From positions 15,066,001 through 15,130,000 of the forward strand of contig OZ024742.1 of the NCBI GenBank assembly GCA_964016885.1: a stretch of DNA of 64,000 nucleotides. The letters run 5' to 3'. Of this stretch, positions 57,491 to 64,000 are shown piece after piece. Positions within the stretch are counted from its first letter, which is position 1. Each line of letters starts with the position of its first letter. This DNA is from Eledone cirrhosa. Its lineage: Eukaryota. The notes beneath the pieces were generated by a model. The model ran no database searches and had not been told where the DNA came from. It saw only the letters and a program-made list of their open reading frames with translations. A program made the translations under genes and the position numbers.

Positions 57491-57553
57491 GGCCATCCAA
57501 ACCCATGCAAGCGTGGAACACGGACGTCAAACGATGATGATGATGATGCTGAT
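57491..57553 (+). mobile_element. Retroposon-like tail fragment with interrupted tail (GAT)5-GCT-GAT
   Basis: Same 42-bp unique part; A>C change at 57549. Confidence 0.7.
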
Positions 57554-59869
57554 TGGTGAGGTGGCACCACTTAGCTCAAACTAATCATATCTAAATTACC
57601 ATATATATATATATATATTGGTGAGGTGGCACCACTAAGCTGAAACTAATCATATCTAAATTACCATATATATATATTGGTGAGGTGGCACCACTTAGCT
57701 CAAACTAATCACATCTAAATTACCATATATATATATTGGTGAGGTGGTACCACTTAGCTCAAACTAATCATATCTAAATTACCATATACATATATTGGTG
57801 AGGTGGCACCACTTAGCTGAAACTAATCATATCTAAATTACCATATATATTGGTGAGGTGGCACCACTTAGCTCAAACTAATCATATCTAAATTACCATA
57901 TATATATATTGGTGAGGTGGCACCACTTAGCTCAAACTAATCATATCTAAATTACCATATATATTGGTGAAGTGGTACCACTTAGCTCAAACTAATCATA
58001 TCTAAATTACCATATATATATATATTGGTGAGGTGGCACCACTTAGCTCAAACTAATCATATCTAAATTACCATATATATATATATATATTGGTGAGGTG
58101 GCACCACTAAGCTGAAACTAATCATATCTAAATTACCATATATATATATTGGTGAGGTGGCACCACTTAGCTCAAACTAATCACATCTAAATTACCATAT
58201 ATATATATTGGTGAGGTGGTACCACTTAGCTCAAACTAATCACATCTAAATTACCATATATATATATTGGTGAGGTGGCACCACTTAGCTCAAACTAATC
58301 ATATCTAAATTACCATATACATATATTGGTGAGGTGGCACCACTTAGCTCAAACTAATCATATCTAAATTACCATATATATTGGTTAGGTGGCACCACTT
58401 AGCTCAAACTAATCATATCTAAATTACCATATATATATATTGGTGAGGTGGCACCACTTAGCTCAAACTAATCATATCTAAATTACCATATATATTGGTG
58501 ATGTGGTACCACTTAGCTCAAACTAATCATATCTAAATTACCATATATATATATATTGGTGAGGTGGCACCACTTAGCTCAAACTAATCATATCTAAATT
58601 ACCATATATATTGGTGAGGTGGCACCACTTAGCTCAAACTAATCATATCTAAATTACCATATATATATATATTGGTGAGGTGGCACTACTTAGCTCAAAC
58701 TAATCATATCTAAATTACCATATATATTGGTGAGGTGGCACCACTTAGCTCAAACTAATCATATCTAAATTACCATATATATATATTGGTGAGGTGGTAC
58801 CACTTAGCTCAAACTAATCACATCTAAATTACCATATATATTGGTGAGGTGGCACCACTTAGCTCAAACTAATCATATCTAAATTACCATATATATTGGT
58901 GATGTGGTACCACTTAGCTCAAACTAATCATATCTAAATTACCATATATATATATATTGGTGAGGTGGCACCACTTAGCTCAAACTAATCATATCTAAAT
59001 TACCATATATATTGGTGAGGTGGCACCACTTAGCTCAAACTAATCATATCTAAATTACCATATATATATATATTGGTGAGGTGGCACCACTTAGCTCAAA
59101 CTAATCATATCTAAATTACCATATATATTGGTGAGGTGGCACCACTTAGCTCAAACTAATCATATCTAAATTACCATATATATATATTGGTGAGGTGGTA
59201 CCACTTAGCTCAAACTAATCACATCTAAATTACCATATATATTGGTGAGGTGGTACCACTTAGCTCAAACTAATCAAATCTAAATTACCATATATATTAG
59301 TGAGGTGGCACCACTTAACTCAAACTAATCATATCTAAATTACCATATATATTGGTGAGGTGGCACCACTTAGCTCAAACTAATCATATCTAAATTACCA
59401 TATATATATATATTGGTGAGGTGGTACCACTTAGCTCAAACTAATCACATCTAAATTACCATATATATTGGTGAGGTGGCACCACTTAGCTCAAACTAAT
59501 CATATCTAAATTACCATATATATTGGTGAGGTGGCACTACTTAGCTCAAACTAATCACATCTAAATTACCATATATATATATTGGTGAGGTGGTACCACT
59601 TAGCTCAAACTAATCACATCTAAATTACCATATATATATATTGGTGAGGTGGCACCACTTAGCTCAAACTAATCATATCTAAATTACCATATATATATAT
59701 TGGTGAGGTGGCACCACTTAGCTCAAACTAATCACATCTAAATTACCATATATATATATTGGTGAGGTGGTACCACTTAGCTCAAACTAATCATATCTAA
59801 ATTACCATATATATTGGTGAGGTGGCACCACTTAGCTCAAACTAATCATATCTAAATTACCATATATAT

Positions 59870-59932
59870 GGCCATCCAAACCCATGCAAGCGTGGAACAC
59901 GGACGTCAAACGATGATGATGATGATGATGAT
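59870..59932 (+). mobile_element. Retroposon-like tail fragment, (GAT)7 followed by TGGTG
   Basis: Same 42-bp unique part, followed by (GAT)7. Confidence 0.7.
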
Positions 59933-61798
59933 TGGTGAGGTGGCACCACTTAGCTCAAACTAATCATATCTAAATTACCATATATATATATATATATTGG
60001 TGAGGTGGCACCACTAAGCTGAAACTAATCATATCTAAATTACCATATATATATATTGGTGAGGTGGCACCACTTAGCTCAAACTAATCACATCTAAATT
60101 ACCATATATATATATTGGTGAGGTGGTACCACTTAGCTCAAACTAATCATATCTAAATTACCATATACATATATTGGTGAGGTGGCACCACTTAGCTGAA
60201 ACTAATCATATCTAAATTACCATATATATTGGTGAGGTGGCACCACTTAGCTCAAACTAATCATATCTAAATTACCATATATATATATATTGGTGAGGTG
60301 GCACCACTTAGCTCAAACTAATCATATCTAAATTACCATATATATATATTGGTGAGGTGGCACCACTTAGCTCAAACTAATCATATCTAAATTACCATAT
60401 ATATTGGTGAAGTGGTACCACTTAGCTCAAACTAATCATATCTAAATTACCATATATATATATATTGGTGAGGTGGCACCACTTAGCTGAAACTAATCAT
60501 ATCTAAATTACCATATATATTGGTGAGGTGGCACCACTTAGCTCAAACTAATCATATCTAAATTACCATATATATATATATTGGTGAGGTGGCACCACTT
60601 AGCTCAAACTAATCATATCTAAATTACCATATATATTGGTGAGGTGGCACCACTTAGCTGAAACTAATCATATCTAAATTACCATATATATATATATATT
60701 GGTGAGGTGGCACTACTTAGCTCAAACTAATCATATCTAAATTACCATATATATTGGTGAGGTGGCACCACTTAGCTCAAACTAATCATATCTAAATTAC
60801 CATATATATATATATTGGTGAGGTGGTACCACTTAGCTCAAACTAATCACATCTAAATTACCATATATATTGGTGAGGTGGCACCACTTAGCTCAAACTA
60901 ATCATATCTAAATTACCATATATATTGGTGATGTGGTACCACTTAGCTCAAACTAATCATATCTAAATTACCATATATATATATTGGTGAGGTGGCACCA
61001 CTTAGCTCAAACTAATCATATCTAAATTACCATATATATATATATTGGTGAGGTGGCACCACTTAGCTCAAACTAATCATATCTAAATTACCATATATAT
61101 TGGTGAGGTGGCACCACTTAGCTCAAACTAATCACATCTAAATTACCATATATATTGGTGAGGTGGCACCACTTAGCTCAAACTAATCATATCTAAATTA
61201 CCATATATATATATATTGGTGAGGTGGCACCACTTAGCTCAAACTAATCATATCTAAATTAACATATATACATATATTGGTGAGGTGGTACCACTTAGCT
61301 CAAACTAATCATATCTAAATTACCATATATATATATTGGTGAGGTGGTACCACTTAGCTCAAACTAATCACATCTAAATTACCATATATATTGGTGAGGT
61401 GGCACCACTTAGCTCAAACTAATCATATCTAAATTACCATATATATATATTGGTGAGGTGGTACCACTTAGCTCAAACTAATCACATCTAAATTACCATA
61501 TATATTGGTGAGGTGGCACCACTTAGCTCAAACTAATCATATCTAAATTACCATATATATATATTGGTGAGGTGGCACCACTTAGCTCAAACTAATCATA
61601 TCTAAATTAACATATATACATATATTGGTGAGGTGGCACCACTTAGCTCAAACTAATCATATCTAAATTACCATATATATATATTGGCGAGGTGGCACCA
61701 CTTAGCTCAAACTAATCACATCTAAATTACCATATATATATATTGGTGAGTTGGTACCACTTAGCTCAAACTAATCACATCTAAATTACCATATATAT

Positions 61799-61861
61799 GG
61801 CCATCCAAACCCATGCAAGCGTGGAACACGGACGTCAAACGATGATGATGATGATGATGAT
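61799..61861 (+). mobile_element. Retroposon-like tail fragment, (GAT)7 followed by TGGCG
   Basis: Same 42-bp unique part, followed by (GAT)7. Confidence 0.7.
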
Positions 61862-63699
61862 TGGCGAGGTGGCACCACTTAGCTCAAACTAATCATATCT
61901 AAATTACCATATATATATATATATTGGTGAGGTGGCACCACTAAGCTGAAACTAATCATATCTAAATTACCATATATATATATTGGTGAGGTGGCACCAC
62001 TTAGTTCAAACTAATCATATCTAAATTACCATATATATATATTGGTGAGGTGGCACCACTTAGCTCAAACTAATCATATCTAAATTACCATATATATATA
62101 TTGGTGAGGTGGCACCACTTAACTCAAACTAAACATCTAAATTACTATATATATATATTGGTGAGGTGGCACCACTTAGCTCAAACTAATCATATCTAAA
62201 TTACCATATATATATATTGGTGAGGTGGCACCACTTAGCTCAAACTAATCACATCTAAATTACCATATATATTGGTGAGGTGGCACCACTTAGCTCAAAC
62301 TAATCATATCTAAATTACCATATATATTGGTGAGGTGGCACCACTTAGCTCAAACTAATCACATCTAAATTACCATATATATTGGTGAGGTGGCACCACT
62401 TAGCTCAATCTCATCATATCTAAATTACCATATATATTGGTGAGGTGGCACCACTTAACTCAAACTAATCATATCTAAATTACCATATATATATATTGGT
62501 GAGGTGGCACCACTTAGCTCAAACTAATCATATCTAAATTACCATATATATATATTGGTGAGGTGGCACCACTTAGCTCAAACTAATCATATCTAAATTA
62601 CCATATATATATATTGGTGAGGTGGCACCACTTAGCTCAAACTAATCATATCTAAATTACCATATATATATATTGGTGAGGTGGCACCACTTAGCTCAAA
62701 CTAATCATATCTAAATTACCATATATATTGGTGAGGTGGCACCACTTAGCTCAAACTAATCATATCTAAATTACCATATATATTGGTGAGGTGGCACCAC
62801 TTAGCTCAAACTAATCATATCTAAATTACCATATATATATATATTGGTGAGGTGGCACCACTTAGCTCAAACTAATCATATCTAAATTACCATATATATT
62901 GGTGAGGTGGCACCACTTAGCTCAAACTAATCATATCTAAATTACCATATATATATATTGGTGAGGTGGTACCACTTAGCTCAAACTAATCACATCTAAA
63001 TTACCATATATATTGGTGAGGTGGTACCACTTAGCTCAAACTAATCAAATCTAAATTACCATATATATTAGTGAGGTGGCACCACTTAACTCAAACTAAT
63101 CATATCTAAATTACCATATATATTGGTGAGGTGGCACCACTTAGCTCAAACTAATCATATCTAAATTACCATATATATATATATTGGTGAGGTGGTACCA
63201 CTTAGCTCAAACTAATCACATCTAAATTACCATATATATTGGTGAGGTGGCACCACTTAGCTCAAACTAATCATATCTAAATTACCATATATATTGGTGA
63301 GGTGGCACTACTTAGCTCAAACTAATCACATCTAAATTACCATATATATATATTGGTGAGGTGGTACCACTTAGCTCAAACTAATCACATCTAAATTACC
63401 ATATATATATATTGGTGAGGTGGCACCACTTAGCTCAAACTTATCATATCTAAATTACCATATATATATATTGGTGAGGTGGCACCACTTAGCTCAAACT
63501 AATCACATCTAAATTACCATATATATATATTGGTGAGGTGGTACCACTTAGCTCAAACTAATCATATCTAAATTACCATATATATTGGTGAGGTGGCACC
63601 ACTTAGCTCAAACTAATCATATCTAAATTACCATATATATATATTGGTGAGGTGGCACCACTTAGCTCAAACTAATCATATCTAAATTACCATATATAT

Positions 63700-63762
63700 G
63701 GCCATCCAAACCCATGCAAGCGTGGAACACGGACGTCAAACGATGATGATGATGATGATGAT
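63700..63762 (+). mobile_element. Retroposon-like tail fragment, (GAT)7 followed by TGGTG
   Basis: Same 42-bp unique part, followed by (GAT)7. Confidence 0.7.
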
Positions 63763-64000
63763 TGGTGAGGTGGCACCACTTAGCTCAAACTAATCATATC
63801 TAAATTACCATATATATATATATATATTGGTGAGGTGGCACCACTAAGCTGAAACTAATCATATCTAAATTACCATATATATATATTGGTGAGGTGGCAC
63901 CACTTAGCTCAAACTAATCACATCTAAATTACCATATATATATATTGGTGAGGTGGTACCACTTAGCTCAAACTAATCATATCTAAATTACCATATACAT

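Larger units (their letters stand above)
1..64000. repeat. Tandem satellite array, 55-65 bp monomer = 47-bp core + (AT)n
   Basis: Core TGGTGAGGTGGCACCACTTAGCTCAAACTAATCATATCTAAATTACC starts at 31, 86 and 145 (spacings 55 and 59) and repeats in one orientation to the window end. Most monomers differ from consensus at 0-3 positions. The array is open at both ends. Confidence 0.99.
60940..64000. repeat. Copy of block about 47960-51020 at offset 12980 bp
   Basis: Four marker pairs are all 12980 bp apart: inserts 48819/61799, inserts 50720/63700, the 2-bp-deletion marker AAACATCTAA at 49151/62131, and TTATCATATC at 50461/63441. Confidence 0.85.

Noticed and set aside
1-64000. CRISPR array (partly palindromic repeat with regular spacing)
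   Set aside because: The intervening sequences are only (AT)n, not unique spacers. The one foreign insert is the same in all copies. There is no leader and no cas gene.
1-64000. Protein-coding repeat ORF on either strand
   Set aside because: Each canonical core has plus-strand stops at positions 4, 19, 29 and 39 (all three frames) and minus-strand stops (TTA, TCA, CTA at 18, 23, 28) in all three frames.
1-64000. Pure sequencing or rolling-circle amplification artefact
   Set aside because: Rare variants recur in register at several different multi-kb offsets and differ between sub-domains, which is unlike random error or a single-circle concatemer. Local misassembly of individual duplications cannot be excluded without reads.

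Overview
The whole 64 kb window is one head-to-tail, single-orientation satellite array, and it runs off both ends. The monomer is a 47-bp core (TGGTGAGGTGGCACCACTTAGCTCAAACTAATCATATCTAAATTACC) plus a variable (AT)n tract. n is mostly 4, 6 or 7 and occasionally 8-9, giving units of 55-65 bp and roughly 1,050-1,100 copies (estimated from length, not counted). The canonical core has stop codons in all six frames, and I see no CDS, RNA gene or CRISPR array. The only foreign sequence is a 63-66 bp insert (42 bp unique plus a (GAT)7-8 tail), found 23 times in the same orientation and at the same monomer position. It has the form of a severely 5'-truncated non-LTR retroposon 3' end (stem-loop plus trinucleotide tail). 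From memory it resembles an abundant octopus LINE/SINE tail, but that is unverified. Shared flanking variants indicate one insertion event later amplified with the array. Point variants and (AT)n lengths recur in register at offsets of 5582, 7998, 4512, 4052, 2469 and 12980 bp, showing irregular higher-order structure, and the variant set changes at about 38-41 kb. This looks like eukaryotic heterochromatic satellite DNA. I found no gene-encoded novel system; the interest lies in the array architecture and its captured retroposon tail.
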